A stretch of 64,000 bases of DNA, from NCBI GenBank assembly GCA_943704425.1, contig CALSCP010001493.1, forward strand, positions 42,196 to 106,195, given 5' to 3'. A program made the position numbers and the translations under genes. Positions 11,986 through 24,321 of the stretch are shown here, piece after piece. Under the pieces are notes generated by a model. That model ran no database searches and was not told where the DNA came from. It was given only the letters and a program-made list of their open reading frames with translations. How positions within the stretch are numbered: the stretch's first letter is position 1; every line of letters starts with the position of its first letter. The stretch is from Ministeria vibrans ATCC 50519. Its lineage: Eukaryota > Protista > Filasterea.

Positions 11986-13187
11986 GATTACCCCTTTGAG
12001 ATGTTTATGGCGGCCATCGCGGCTTGCTACATCCTCAACTTTGCCATGGCTCGGTACGCCTTTGCCCACCTTCTTTGTCCACTTCCCGCTTACACATACA
12101 TACGCACATATGTCACTTGCTTTACCATGCGTCCACTTTAACAGGGGAGAAACCACCAAGAAGGCCCTGGCCTGGCTCACAGTAAACAACGGAGTGCTGG
12201 GCAACAACTTTTCCAGTGTCACCGTCGGCGAAAACAAACGCATTCAAAAGGACACCGACAGCGAATTTACCGTGTATGCCACGGGACGTCAACACTTTGA
12301 CTATCTTGCCGTACACCAATATACAAACGAACGTCATAAATTTATCATCATTAATTTATTAATAATAATGCATACCCTCTCCTTAGATTAAACTGCAGTT
12401 CCATCAACAACAGGACCTGTACAGTCGGTTTGAACAGACCATGTTCCCCACACGCGAACAAGTGCACTATGTGGTCGCTGTTCCTTTGATGCAGTCGGTC
12501 ACGGCGCTCATTTGCGAGCGACCACGCGCCGCCAAATTGATTCCGCAGTTCAGCAATCTGACACACTACGCGACTGCGCTCAACACCGACTTCCTGAAGC
12601 TCCCCAGCCACCTTGGGGCGTACGGCGAGTCGGCCGAGGCCGTCCAGTGGATGCTTAACGGCCCACTGGGCGAGTTGGTGCGCCGCAGTGGCTCAACCAA
12701 GAGCGAACGGACCGTCTCGATGATCCACGTGAGCGACGCAATGTCGGCCTACCCCGAGGGCCTCGACGACGCCGAGAAGAACGTCAAGCCAGAGGAGACG
12801 GTCAAGCGCATTGTCATCTCCTTCTATCTGCCCAAGAAACAGTCGGCGATGGTTGCGACCGAGAACTACTCGTTGCTCGTCATGAACTTTGCAGAGCGTC
12901 TTGCGCGCGAGCAGATGCCCTTTTCAGCACGCGAAAAGGTCCAGAAGAAACGTCAGGCCAAAGAGCGCGAATGGGAAAAGGAACGTCTCAAGGTGGTGAG
13001 CGCGACCAAGCAACGCGAGCGGGAACTCGAGGAGGCCCGCAAGCGCGAAGAGATCCAGGGGCGCATCTGGCGCGGAGAGATGGGCAAGGACGAAATTCGA
13101 CGGTACGAGGCAGAGCAGGAGCGTATTGCCGAGAAGAAGCGACAGCACAAGATGCGCCAGACGGCCAAGATGAAAGTCAAGCAATAA
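11986..13187 (+). CDS. CCDC47: PAT complex subunit CCDC47 (DUF1682); 5' end lost in the gap
   Basis: TM EMFMAAIAACYILNF; ALAWL....VL..NFSSV; FTVYATGR; LQFHQQQDL; YGESAE; SMIHVSD; charged C-terminal coiled coil ending KMKVKQ. Confidence 0.8.
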
Positions 13188-13300
13188 TGCAAAAACAAAA
13201 ACAAAAAAAGTATTCACAAGCATAAAGACAAAAAGGACAACTGTAGTGAGGGACGAACACAACAAAAAAAAAAGCTCGCGTGAGAGAAGAAGTATGTGTT

Positions 13301-13678
13301 TTACTTGGTGACTGCGTGGATGGACGTGGCAAGGTGATGGACATTAGTGGAGTTGACGCCGGCCATGGAGATGCGCCCGTCCATCGTCATGTAGACATGG
13401 TACTCCTTTTGCAGCGCCATCACCTGAAGCAAAGCAGAGAAAGTCAATCATACGTTTTTTTGGAATTTTAGATTGGTACTTGATCTTTGGTGAGGCCAGT
13501 GTAACAGAACATGCCAATCTGGTTGGTAATGTGGTCCCAGTTGCGCTGTGAGCCACAGTCGGCAAGCCCTTGCTTCAGCAGTGTTCGCACCGACGTGATC
13601 CGGTCCGCCATTTCTGCAATAAGATGATAAAAAAAATTGATAAAAATAATAATAATATTATCATAATAAAAACAACAT

Positions 13679-13715
<37 letters not shown>

Positions 13716-14096
13716 TAAGATAATAATTATAATAATAATAATAATAATAATAATAATCTTACGTTTAACGTCTTTGAGCCATTCTTTACGGAGCTGCGGG
13801 TCAGAGAGGACGCGTTCGGCAATGCGAGCGCCATGCAGAGGAGGGTTGGAGTAGGTGGGACGGATGATGATCTTGAGCTGGGACAACACTGCGTTGCGCT
13901 GCTGCTCAGTCTCGCTCGTAATGGTCAGCGCACCCACTCGCTCACCGTACAATCCCATGTTCTTAGCAAACGACTGCGTCACGACCATTTGCTGGCCAGT
14001 CGACGCAAACAGACGTGGCACATATGCATCACGTGTGCAGTCGCCCGTCGCAAAGCCCTGGTATGCCATGTCAATGTACGGGAACAGTCCACGCTC
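13301..14096 (-). CDS. GOT2: Aspartate aminotransferase (mitochondrial-type), C-terminal half only
   Basis: [11 protein letters not shown]; [16 protein letters not shown] (PLP Lys); [11 protein letters not shown]; [10 protein letters not shown]; DGRISMAGV; ends IHAVTK*; no N-terminal AAT exons found upstream. Confidence 0.9.
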
Positions 14097-14238
14097 CTAC
14101 CACAAGACAGAGCAAAAAAAAAAAAAAAAAAAAAAGAAGAAGAAAAACAAAACGTCTTTTCAGATTCACACAAAAAGAAAAGGAAAAAAAAAGAAGCGAC
14201 AAGCACAAAAAAGACTGATAGAGGATGGTGGAGGATAC

Positions 14239-14550
14239 CCAGAGAGAGGTCCACTCGGGGTCGGTGTAGTGCCAGGGGGCGGAGGGCGGCGGGGCAGCGG
14301 CGCAGGAGGGCAGGGAGGGCGGGAGGGCTCTGGCGGTGACGGACGACGCCGACGACGAATGCGACAGCGTCGACGCCGAGTGCGAGGGCGAGCCTGCGCT
14401 GGTGAACTCCATCGGGGTGTCCGCGTCGCGAACGGGCGGCTGCTCGACTTTTGGTGTGCGAACGAACTCGTCACTGAAACTGCCCTCTACCGCGTCAAGA
14501 TGGGCATGCAGCGAGGAGGGAGCCACGCAGCGACCAAAGCGGCCATCCAT
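14239..14550 (-). CDS. Hypothetical Ser/Pro-rich exon that can splice in frame to the GOT2 fragment
   Basis: GC-rich ORF MDGRFGRC...DPEWTSLW ending at a GTATCC donor (14238). Confidence 0.35.
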
Positions 14551-15039
14551 TGTGTGGCCTGGGGCAAACAGAAATGTCAAACTGAGACGGAATGCGCTGA
14601 AATTCTGTTCCTGACTGACCGGACGCTGAGTCGATTCAAGATTCAATATTCAAAAGTATGACAGAAGGTGGACAGAAGTCTCTCGCACAGCGCCATGGGG
14701 CCTTGTAGGGATCCTCGGAACTGAGGATCGGCGTATGGTTGAGTCCGATGTTGCTGAATGGTGCGAAAGGAGCATGGAACACGGGGGGAGGGGGGTTGCG
14801 ATCGACCAATCGCAAGATCCGAATATTTTGACAATCTCATCGGATGGCTTACAACATGACGTACACACTGGCTGAGTAGTCTGGCGACTGCTCCCTGCGA
14901 GCTCTGCTCACTTCCATTCTGCTGGGTGGTGGGTTATCGGGGTTATGGGCATGGACGGGAAAGGGGCTGCAGAGAGCCGACAGTACGGTGCTGCGGTCGG
15001 GTGAGAAATTGTGACAGTTGACGCTAATCACGGGTGTCG

Positions 15040-15133
15040 ATGGGCTTCTTTCGGGACATTCACCATTCTCGTCTAGAGGGCTACTGTCATAACTGTCTAC
15101 GCCTCTACGGTGGAAGTTCTGTGCTGCTCTTTT
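15040..15133. repeat. Dispersed two-box element, copy A
   Basis: ATGGGCTTCTTTCGGGACATT ... TACGGTGGAAGTTCTGTGCTGCTCTTT; related copies at 38.4 kb and 44.8 kb. Confidence 0.85.
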
Positions 15134-15150
15134 CATTGAGTTCGCTTATT

Positions 15151-15196
15151 TTTATATAAGGAAACTAAATAGAGAATCGAGAGACGATATATATAA
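15151..15196. promoter_or_regulatory. Back-to-back TATA-like boxes
   Basis: TATATAAA on the minus strand (15151-15158) and ATATATATAA on the plus strand (15187-15196). Confidence 0.45.
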
Positions 15197-15203
15197 GAGA
15201 GGA

Positions 15204-15510
15204 AGTTCAACAGACGGCAGACAGTTCAACACACCACACTGTCAACCCACTAACCCAGATGCGGACGACCCTGCAGCATCGTCGTCTGAACTACAGCCAC
15301 AACAACGAGCGCACCAGTCGGGATCGCTCCCCACCGACTGATCGTTCTTATATCCGCCACCGAGTTTTACTCGTTAGACAGCTGTTACAGCTTGTCAGAG
15401 CCCTAGACCCCCACTGTCCACTGGTGACTGGGGGTATGGCGTGCCATTGCGATAACCTCGCTGGATAGCGATTGCACTTGTGCTTTTGTTGTAGATCTGG
15501 GGACTGTATC
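15204..15510 (+). ncRNA. Candidate structured ncRNA of unknown family (or structured 5'UTR or element terminus)
   Basis: At least 7 hand-identified stems; G-U wobbles work on the + strand; upstream TATA; AATAAA at 15514. Confidence 0.4.
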
Positions 15511-15559
15511 ATGAATAAATGGGTTGTATTTTCTTCTTCTAATTATTATTGATTCTCAG

Positions 15560-17052
15560 ATGGATGACAATCAATGCGCGACATCCATGGACGACTCTGT
15601 TGTTGCCGAGGTGACCACGGTGGAAACAACGGAGGGCCGTGTCGATTCTGGATCAGTCAACGACGATCCAAATGATCAGGCGCACGCCGACGAAGAGGAC
15701 GCTGAATGCGGCGAGTCCGTTGACGGCAGCGATGGCCACGACAGCAGCAACGACCACTCGGGCGACGCGGCGGCGACAGCGAAGGCGGCGGGGCCGTCAC
15801 GCGCACCCGAAGAGATGCTGTCGCGACGACAAGCACGCCGAGAGCGACGGTGCGCCTCCTGCAGCCCCTGGCGCCCGCTGGAGGGCCCCGCTGACGTCTT
15901 CTTTCTGCGTAGGGATAAGGCTCGCGAAGAGTGGCGTGCGCGTCGCAAGGAAAAATCGAAAGAGAAGCGCAAAGATTCGCGAAAGCGAAAGGTTATTTGA
16001 CCTTCTTCTTGTTTTTTTGGTCGTGTTGATGATTGTGATGTTCTGTAGGCAAGCGCAGTGGAGGATGAGGAGGAGGAAGGGCGTGCCATTAGCAAACGCG
16101 TGCGTTCTGAACGCAAGCCGCAAGTGGGCATGATCTGCATTGATCTTGATTTTGACGAGTACCAGTTGGAAAAGGTACGCCAGACACATATTGTCGCTGA
16201 CGATGGCAATGCGATGATGATTCACAATAAGCATTTTTCACAATGGCTGTTGTGTAGGAGGATATTCGATTGGTGAAACAGGTTGAGCGGTGCTATGCGG
16301 CGAACCGACGGGTGGACCAGCCGATGGGGCTGACAGTGACGTCGATGGGCGGACGCATTGGTCAGGTGCTCAAGGAGAAGGCGTCGTGGGACCGCTGGAA
16401 GGACGTCCAGTTTGCGGATGAGCCGCTTTTGGAGAAATTTGATCCGTCGAAAGTTGTGTATTTGACCTCGGAATCATCGCACGAGCTGACGACACTCGAC
16501 CCGGAGACCGTGTATGTGATTGGGGGTATCATCGACCACAACAGCCACAAGGGGCTGACATTGCAGCGAGCGCAGGCGGCGCACGTGCGCACCGCCCGTT
16601 TGCCTATTGGACGGTATGTGCACCTGGCATCGCGCAAGGTCCTCGCTGTCAACCATGTGTGCGAGATCCTGCTTGAGTTTACGGCGCACGCTGACTGGAA
16701 GACAGCCTTTTACAATGTGATTCCGCAGCGCAAAGGAATTGGTGAGAAGGAGGTCGGAACGAAGGGAAAGGGAAAGGGAAAGGGAAAGAGCCAGGAGACG
16801 GGAGAGGGAAAGAGCCAGGAGACGGGAGAGGGAAAGAGCCAGGAGACGGGGGAGGGAAAGAGTGAGGAGACGGGGGAGGGAAAAAGTGAGGAGACGGGAG
16901 AGGGAAAGAGTGAGGAGACGGGAGAGGAAAAGAGCCAGGAGGCGGGAGAGGAAAAGAGCGAGGAGACGGGAGAGGGAGACGCAGCGCAGAAAGAGGAGGA
17001 GTCTGCAGGGGTGCAGGAGGAAGGCGAAGAGCATCAAGAGGACCAGCACTGA
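15560..17052 (+). CDS. TRMT10: tRNA (guanine(9)-N1)-methyltransferase, Trm10 family
   Basis: ICIDLDFDEY; KQVERCYAANRR; VVYLTSES; YVIGGIIDHNSHKG; TARLPIG; KVLAVNHVCEIL; DWKTAFYNVIPQRK. Confidence 0.93.
16795..16980 (+). repeat. 24-bp coding tandem repeat (ETGEGKS[Q/E]), about 7.5 copies, in the TRMT10 tail
   Basis: Unit GAGACGGGAGAGGGAAAGAGCCAG. Confidence 0.95.
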
Positions 17053-17134
17053 CTTGCGTTTTTGTCAATGGTTATGTAAATGTATTATTTTGTTTGGTTT
17101 CCTCTCTCTCTCCCTCTCTCTCTCTTTGGAAAAT

Positions 17135-18033
17135 CTACTTTTTTGATGACCTAGTGGCCCTTCTTGCGTGAGGCGAGCGCACTGGGACTGAAGGGGCCTT
17201 GGAGGTCCGAGTGACTCGGGCTGCGCTGACTTGTCTGCGCGTCAGCCGTTGCGAAGTGCCTGCCGTCTCTGCTGTCGTCTCAGTCTCCATCTCTTCGCGA
17301 CCTCGTTTCTTTGATTCTTTCCTCACTGCTGTCTTTGCTTGCTTCGATGTTGATGATCGTGGTGGTGCGGCTGCTGTCTTGCCCTTATGCTGCGGTCTTT
17401 TCCCAGACGCCTTCTTGGCTGCTGGCACTTCGTCCTCGACTTCGTCTTCGTCGTCCTCGCCTTCATCGTCGTTGTCGTCTTCTGCCTCTCCGTAGCCCAT
17501 CTCCTTCCGTATCTCTTTGTCCACCTTTCCCTCGCCCGCCAATGGCTTCAGGAGCTGCACGTAGAAGCGAAAGTGGTACGAGTTGCACTTGAGCGGCGCT
17601 GCCATCTTGGTGCTCTGTCCTTGCCACTTCTTTGCTGACGGCCATGGAAGCATTCCTAAACACAATAGAGAGACGCAGTGTGCATGTGTGTGCGTGTGTG
17701 GGTGGATGAGAGAGCGAGCCAGACACAGAGAGCGACTGCGTACGAGGGAAAATGGCAAAGTCTTGAGTTCGAACGGCTCCCTGTCGACAGTTCTCCTCCA
17801 CCATCTGAAATATCGTCTCCTGTGGTCCACAAAAGAAAGAACATCTGCCAGTCAGACGTGTACACAGCAAAGACACAGTGAAACAGAGTTCCAAAACACG
17901 TCTTTGAAACTCTCGCGCGCAAAATTTCAAAAAAAAAAAAAATTGACAGATGCGAAAAAAATGCCAAACCTTAAGCTGTTTCTGTAGTGCGCCCGACTCG
18001 TCGACACGCTGGCCACTGGAAGTAACCATTGAC
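17135..18033 (-). CDS. Hypothetical protein with acidic tract and basic C-terminus; 5' end lost at poly(A)
   Basis: Exons splice in frame: SGALQKQLK|ETIFQMVEENCRQG...FP|RMLPWPSAKKW...; no family recognised. Confidence 0.55.
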
Positions 18034-18058
18034 CTTGAGGGAGAGAGAGCAGAGCAGG

Positions 18059-18091
<33 letters not shown>

Positions 18092-18137
18092 AAAAAAAAG
18101 AATATCACTCGCACGGGCGTTGTAAGGCAGCGGGGAC

Positions 18138-21100
18138 ATGTCGCTCCCGACACACAGTGTCACTGGGCTTGCACCTGTGGTCGATACACGCGCTGCGGGG
18201 GTCTCCAAAGCCGTTTCGTCGCAGGATTTTCAAAGTGTTTCTGAAACGTCTCGCCCCAAAGACCTCTGGAGACGTCGTGGTAGCCGCGAGCGCCTCATTC
18301 GCATGCGTGTCGATGGGCCGGAGAACCGTGGCGCGGGCGACGGCCCCAGCGAAGGCGGCGCAAGCGAGCACGACCATCACGAGCTCGACAGCATTCGCGA
18401 GCGTCTCATTGCCGACGCTGATGCGCGTGTTGCGCACGACAAGGTGCGTCGTCTCCGGCGCAAGTCCCTTCAGCAGCAGGCAAAGCACAATGTTGCGCCT
18501 GCCGCTCCCGTCGCCACCGCCGCTGACGTCGTGGCGCCGCTCAAACCGCAAACCTCTACACTGTCTGTGCCCCGTCGAGCTGCCAGCGACGCAGCTGATT
18601 CCCGTCGGGCTGCCAGCGACGCAGCTGATTCTTCTGGTGCCGCCTCGAACGTTGTTGCATCCGCATCAGGGTTGTCGCTGACTCACCAGAGCGGTCGCTC
18701 TGCTGTTTCCAACGCCAACATTGGTGTCATAGACGACGACTCGTTCGACGACCATCTTCATCGCTCCCTCAGTCGTCGCCGCTCCTCCGAGTCCGTCGCC
18801 ACTCACCAGGCTCTCGTGACCAAGGTCGCGCGCGCTCACGCACTCAATACAGGCGTCAGCTCGGGTAAGCTTGCGTCAAAAGAACGGCACAGCTCGGCAA
18901 CGCCCTCAAGACGCTCCGCCGCCTTCGACACCCTTGTTCACGACTTTGCCCCCATCGAAAGCTTTTTCCCCGTCTCCTGCGCCGTCTGCAGCAAATTCAT
19001 GACACGCATGTCGAAGAGCTCCTGCCTCAAGTGTCGCGGTTGCTCCATTGCCATCCACGAGCGTTGCCTCCCCTTTGCACCTCCCAAGTGTCTTTACAGC
19101 CCCAGTCCATCTCCTCACTCCTCGACATTGTCACTGGCCTCCTCCGGTCACACGCGCGATTTCACCGCCAGTACGAGTGGCACAACAGCGGCTTCTGCAG
19201 CATCACCTACCGCCACCGCTGCCGACCCGTCCACCCTGTCGTCTCCGCCCTCTTCGTCGTCGGGCAGTGGCAGCGGCGTCTTCCGTCTCTTTCGTCGGCA
19301 ACAGGGCCAGTCCAGCGACATGTCAAGCGCAAGCTCGTCCAACCTTCTCAGCTCGCCACCCTCATCACCTGCCGCCCTCGTGTCCTCGTCCGGCCCAACG
19401 ATGCTGCCATCGCGCTCGGCTCAGCGTCTCAAGCGCGACTACATGGCCGAGACTCTCTCCGGCCAGGCAGCCGGCGACAAACCTCGTCGTAGGTCTCCCC
19501 CAGCGCGCGTCACTCGTGGCTCGCTCGTCTTCATTCGTGACCGCTTCGAACGCGAGCAGCGTAAGCCCGGTCTGAGCGCCAACATCTACAAGCAGTCGCT
19601 CGACATGTACTGCGAGTGGCTCACCGACACGGCCGAACGTCTTATGAAGGACGACGGACTGCCCGTCAACGAGTTTGAGACCGTCTTCACCTTTATGCTG
19701 CGCGGCTTTGTCACCAGTCGTGTTGACTCGCACGCCTCGCCCGTTGACAGGTGCATCAAAATGTTCCGCAAGGTTCTCTTCGACTACACCTACTACCAGA
19801 CCATGAAGCTCGACGTGCTCCGCCTGTCGCCCGTCGAACTCGCAAACGAACTCACCGTCATCGACTCGCAACTTTTCAATGTCATTCGCGCCGACGAGCT
19901 CCACGATCAGGCATGGATGCACAAGGACAAGCGAGAGCGTGCGCCCAACGTCGTCGCCTTCATCGAGCGCTTCAACGACGTCACTCTCTTTGTCATGACC
20001 GCCGTTCTAGAGGCATCTCGCCCGAAGCAACGCGCTCAGGTCATTGCGCACTTCATCAAGACGGCCGCCATGTGTCGTCGTCTCAACAACTACAACGGTC
20101 TCAAGGCTCTTATTGCCGGTCTTCAGTCCGCTGCCATTTTTCGTCTCAGCAAGTCGTGGGCACACCTCTCCTCGCGCGTCCGAGCCGTCTTTGACGACCT
20201 CTGCGCGATCATGAGTGAACAAGACAACTGGGCGGCCATGCGTGCAGCCATGGACAGCCTCCTCGACGGTAGCAGTGGTGGCACAGATGGCACATCCGTA
20301 GGGGTTGGATCGAATAGTGCTGTTGCGCTCGCTGGCATTGGTGGTGGTGGTGGTAGTGGTGGTGATGGTAGCGGCTATGGTGGTGGCAACGGCGCGGGCA
20401 CTGGCTCTGGAGGTTGTTCTGGCGATGGTGTGTGTGCTGTGCCCTTTCTGGGTGTCTACCTCACCGATTTGGTCATGCTTTCGAGCCAAGTGCCGGGCGG
20501 CGACAAGTCCGCGAACCGTGTGAGCTCGAGCGGAAAGAGCACGGCGTCGCGTGAGACTGCCATCATCGAGCGTATCCTTCGCTTTCAGCAGCCCTACTCG
20601 AAGTTGCAGCCGGTGTTTGCCCTGCACTCGTGGCTCGAGAAACTCATCCACGACTCCGAAGACGTCTGCTATCGCAAGTCGCTCTATGTCGAGCCCAAGG
20701 CGACTGCCTCGAGTGCAAACCGTTCCAGCGCCTCGGGTGCCGAAGCCGTCTCGCTCGTGGACAGTGCGCGTCTTGTTGACGCCACGCTACCCGTGCTCAT
20801 GCAACAACGTGCGGCGTACCTGGTGCGCGTGCAGGAGGTCGAGAAGGAGGTACAGACATTGTTTGACTTGCGACTCGATCCTGAAGGAATTCGCGTGCGC
20901 ACCGACGAAATGTGGAATCTGCGGCGACACCTGACCGACATCAAGATGTACGTGGCACATCGCATTCGCGAGGCCGAAGAGGCGGAGCGACTCGAGTCGG
21001 AATGGCGTGCGTCCGGTGGCAAACAGCACCATTTGCTGGTCATGTCGGGTACACCGACGGTCGTTGTGGGTGCGTCGTCGCGAAGCGGTGGCAAACGCTC

Positions 21101-21956
21101 ATCTGAAAGCGGCGCAACTGGCGGCGCCAGTGGATCATCCGGCGCATTATCGGCTGTCGAGAGTGCTCTGAGTGGCGTTGTGCGACGAACATCGGGACAC
21201 ACGTCGACCAATGCGCCGTCGCCGACCTTCAACTCGCCCGAGCGAGAGAAGCGACTGTTTCCTCGCATGAACATTACCAAGAAGGAGAAAGGCGACAAGA
21301 GTGCCAAGAAGCAGAAGAAGAAGAGGGCAAAAGAGGAGGAGAAGGCAGCTGCAGCTGCATCCAAGGCGGCGTCGCTCAAGTCGCCGTCCAGGACATCCGA
21401 GACAAGTACCGCCTCCTCCTCGTTGGGCAGCGCTAAGGGTCTCCTGGCCAAGGCACGTGGTCGGCGCGGCTCAGGACTCGTCTACCAGAAGCCTGGCTTG
21501 CTGACGAGCACCGTGGGCATCCGTCGCAACAGTACCGACAGCAATGAGAGTGATGTGATTTCGTTGGCCAGCTCCTCTGTGGCCACACTGGATCGTCTTG
21601 AAGGGGTCGAAAAGAGCGGATCAACGACAGCCATGACAGTAGCGACTACGGCTCCTAGTCGAAGTAGTAGTGGTGGTGGTGGCGGCGGCGGCGACGGCGA
21701 AGGCGAAGACGACGACAACAACAACGACAAAGCGTTGTCGTCGGACGAGGATTTGCCGCCACGACGTCGTGATCTCAAGGGCGTCGTGCGACCGCTGTCG
21801 GAGGACGCAGACGACCGGTCACATCGCAAGCTGGGCCGCCTCTCCTCTCCGAAGCAGCAGCGCACCTCGCTGTTGAGCCTCGAGTCACTGGCGTTGGACG
21901 ACGCACGTCAAATGATGGAAGATGGGCAGAGGAGTGGAGAGGATGACCACGACGAC

Positions 21957-21997
<41 letters not shown>

Positions 21998-24158
21998 CGA
22001 CGATGATGATGTTGATGATGGTGACGACGTCGACCGCGATAAAGAGGGGCAAGGGCGAGCGGCAGGGGTACCAAGCGTGTCCAAGTCGACTATTGGCGCA
22101 CAGGATGAAGTGTCGCGCGAGAACCGCCGTGAGCGTCAGAAGATGGCAGCGATTGGTCGTGTGGTTGCCGTAGAAGACGAGTTGGACTGGTCGCCACTGG
22201 TCAAATCGGCGCACGGCTCGATGCCAAACTTACGCAACAGTTCGTCAACAACGCTGTGGGACACCCTTAAGAGCAGCAGTAGCAGTCAGTACAAGACTGC
22301 CACTGGGCCGTTGGGTTCGTCCACCACGAGCAGCGAGAAGATTGGGCAACCTTCGTCGACGTCGGTGACGTCTCACGAGGAGTCACTGTCGGTCACGGAG
22401 TTGTTGGCACGGATGCGCGAGCGAGCGGAGCTTATCTCGGCGACGGTGGACATTGTCTCGGAGTTGGGCCAGGCTCATCCGCGCACTGCCAAGATTCTCT
22501 TGGTCAAGGGTAGCACGTCGACTAGTCACATGAGTGCGACAGAAACGAGCAGTGGTGAACATTTGGGGTTGCGTGGGTCATCCTCATCGGAACTGTTGCG
22601 TCTGGCACGTACCAGTGACCCATCTATGCCGCCGTGCATCTCCTCGGAAGAGTTCATTGACCGACTGTTGCGCCAGCGCAAGCACATGCACGACTTGATG
22701 GACTTGCAGATGAAGCAAAATTTCGACTTTGCCATCCTGACTCGTTGTATACAGGAAGTGCCTGATGTGCTGGCGGTGCGGGCAACCCATGAGGTCCGCC
22801 GTACAAGTGCAGGGGTAGCAGAGGCAGAGGTTAAAAAGAGCTCAGGAGGGCAGAGTGTGACTCCAGGAGGAGGTGGAGCAGGGGGTAGAGGTATAAAGGA
22901 GGCAAGAACTGTGACAGGGGGTGATGAGGATGATGATGGCGACGACGACGATGATGATGACGATGATGGGATGGACGATTTGGAAGACAGTGATGGGGGA
23001 GCAGCTGATGACGATGGTGTGCCACGACGGGTGTCAACCGTGAGCGAAGGGGACGAGGAAGATGCGATGAGGTGTGAGAGAGGGGAGTCGAGCGAGGGAG
23101 ACGAGCTGTTGTCGGTGCCTCCTAACTTGGACGTGTTTGGGCGCCGCAAGAGTGCACAGCAGCGCCACTTGCTTCGATTGCGTGAGTCGTTCCAGGTGCT
23201 GCGCAACCAGGCCAAGGAAGAGGAGCACTTGAAGGCGTTGGAGTTGAAGGTGTCAGCATCTCGAAAGAAGCAGCAGACGGCGATTGTGATCAAGCCGAAT
23301 GTGACTGTCCAGACGCGACCGAGTACGTCACAGCTGGCACATGTGCAGAATGAGCTTGATCCGGCAGAGGAAGAGGAAGCCGATGCCGACGACGATGATG
23401 ATGTTGATATTGACGATGATGACTCTGAAGGGGAAGTGGGCGATGACGAGGACGATGATGATGCAGTAGGGGTGTTTGGGGGTGGTGGTGGTAGTGGTGA
23501 GTCCATGCTCTCGCCTGAGGAGCTTGAGGAGGCGCCCACCCAGTTGCTTGAGGAGCAGATGGCACTGTACCAGTCGAAGAGTGAGCAATTGGGGACGGTG
23601 TTGCATTCGCTGATGTCGTCGCGGCAAAAGAAGAAGGTGGAGGGAGCTGAGGGCGCGGACGACGCGGAGACGGGTGGGGCTGAGAGTACCGAGAGCGACA
23701 GTGCGAGGCCGAGTGCATCACAACAAGCACTGATGAACATGCACATGGAGGTGAAGCAAGGGATGTCGCAGGTGGAAGCGCTGTTGAAGCGACGGTACCA
23801 GGCGGCGCGTGATGGTTCACTGAGTGCGCCAGTGTCACCGTCTGCGGGACTGAAGCGGACTCAACAGGAAGGGAAGCCAATGCTGCTGGCACGGCCCTCG
23901 CACACGGCCATGCAACGGATGCCGCTGGACACGGGCAGTGGAACGATAGACGAGTTTGCAGGGGGAGTCAAGGTAGAGGATCCACTGCCGACCATGTCGG
24001 ACAGCGACGAGCCGTCGGATCTTTGTGCGCGCGAGGCAGTCCTTCAAGCGCAGGGCATTGAGTTCGGTCTGTCTGACGACGATGCGACCGACATTGAGTC
24101 GGACATGTCCGATGACAGTTATGAGGATGACTTTGAAGATTTGTACACCCAGTGTTAA
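18138..24158 (+). CDS. C1 domain plus CDC25-type RasGEF (RalGPS-like catalytic domain) with long disordered acidic regions; possibly 5'-incomplete
   Basis: C1 HDF...CAVC...CRGC...HERC...C (18939-19091); CDC25 ELANELTVID, APNVVAFIERFN, LNNYNGL, GLQSAAIFRLSKSW, VPFLGVYLTDL, YRKSLYVEP. Confidence 0.9.
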
Positions 24159-24321
24159 AAATTTATTGAACAGAATTATTATTATTATTACTATTATTAT
24201 TATAATTATTATTATTCTCCTTTGTTTGTAATGGAACATATTTATTTTTCGGGCAGGGTATATTAGTCTTGTGCGTGCGTGTCTGTGTGTGTGTGTGTGT
24301 GAAACGAGAGCGAGGGTTGCT

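Noticed and set aside
15045-15080. Hammerhead-like CTAGACGAG...CGAAAG on the minus strand of the dispersed element
   Set aside because: The core is not CUGANGA, there is no stem II, and it is not conserved in copy C
14849-15136. ORF MKRAAQNF... containing HAHNP, superficially like the AAT motif CAHNP
   Set aside because: No other AAT similarity, and it overlaps the dispersed element whose other copies are not open frames
15204-15510. Assignment to SRP, RNase P/MRP, 7SK, U3 or a spliceosomal snRNA
   Set aside because: Diagnostic motifs (SRP helix 8, P4 CR-I/CR-V, C/D boxes, Sm site) not found on either strand
18137-18140. Two divergent genes apparently sharing a CATG start
   Set aside because: No promoter space, an upstream AG acceptor is present and a poly(A) join is adjacent; both genes are probably 5'-incomplete
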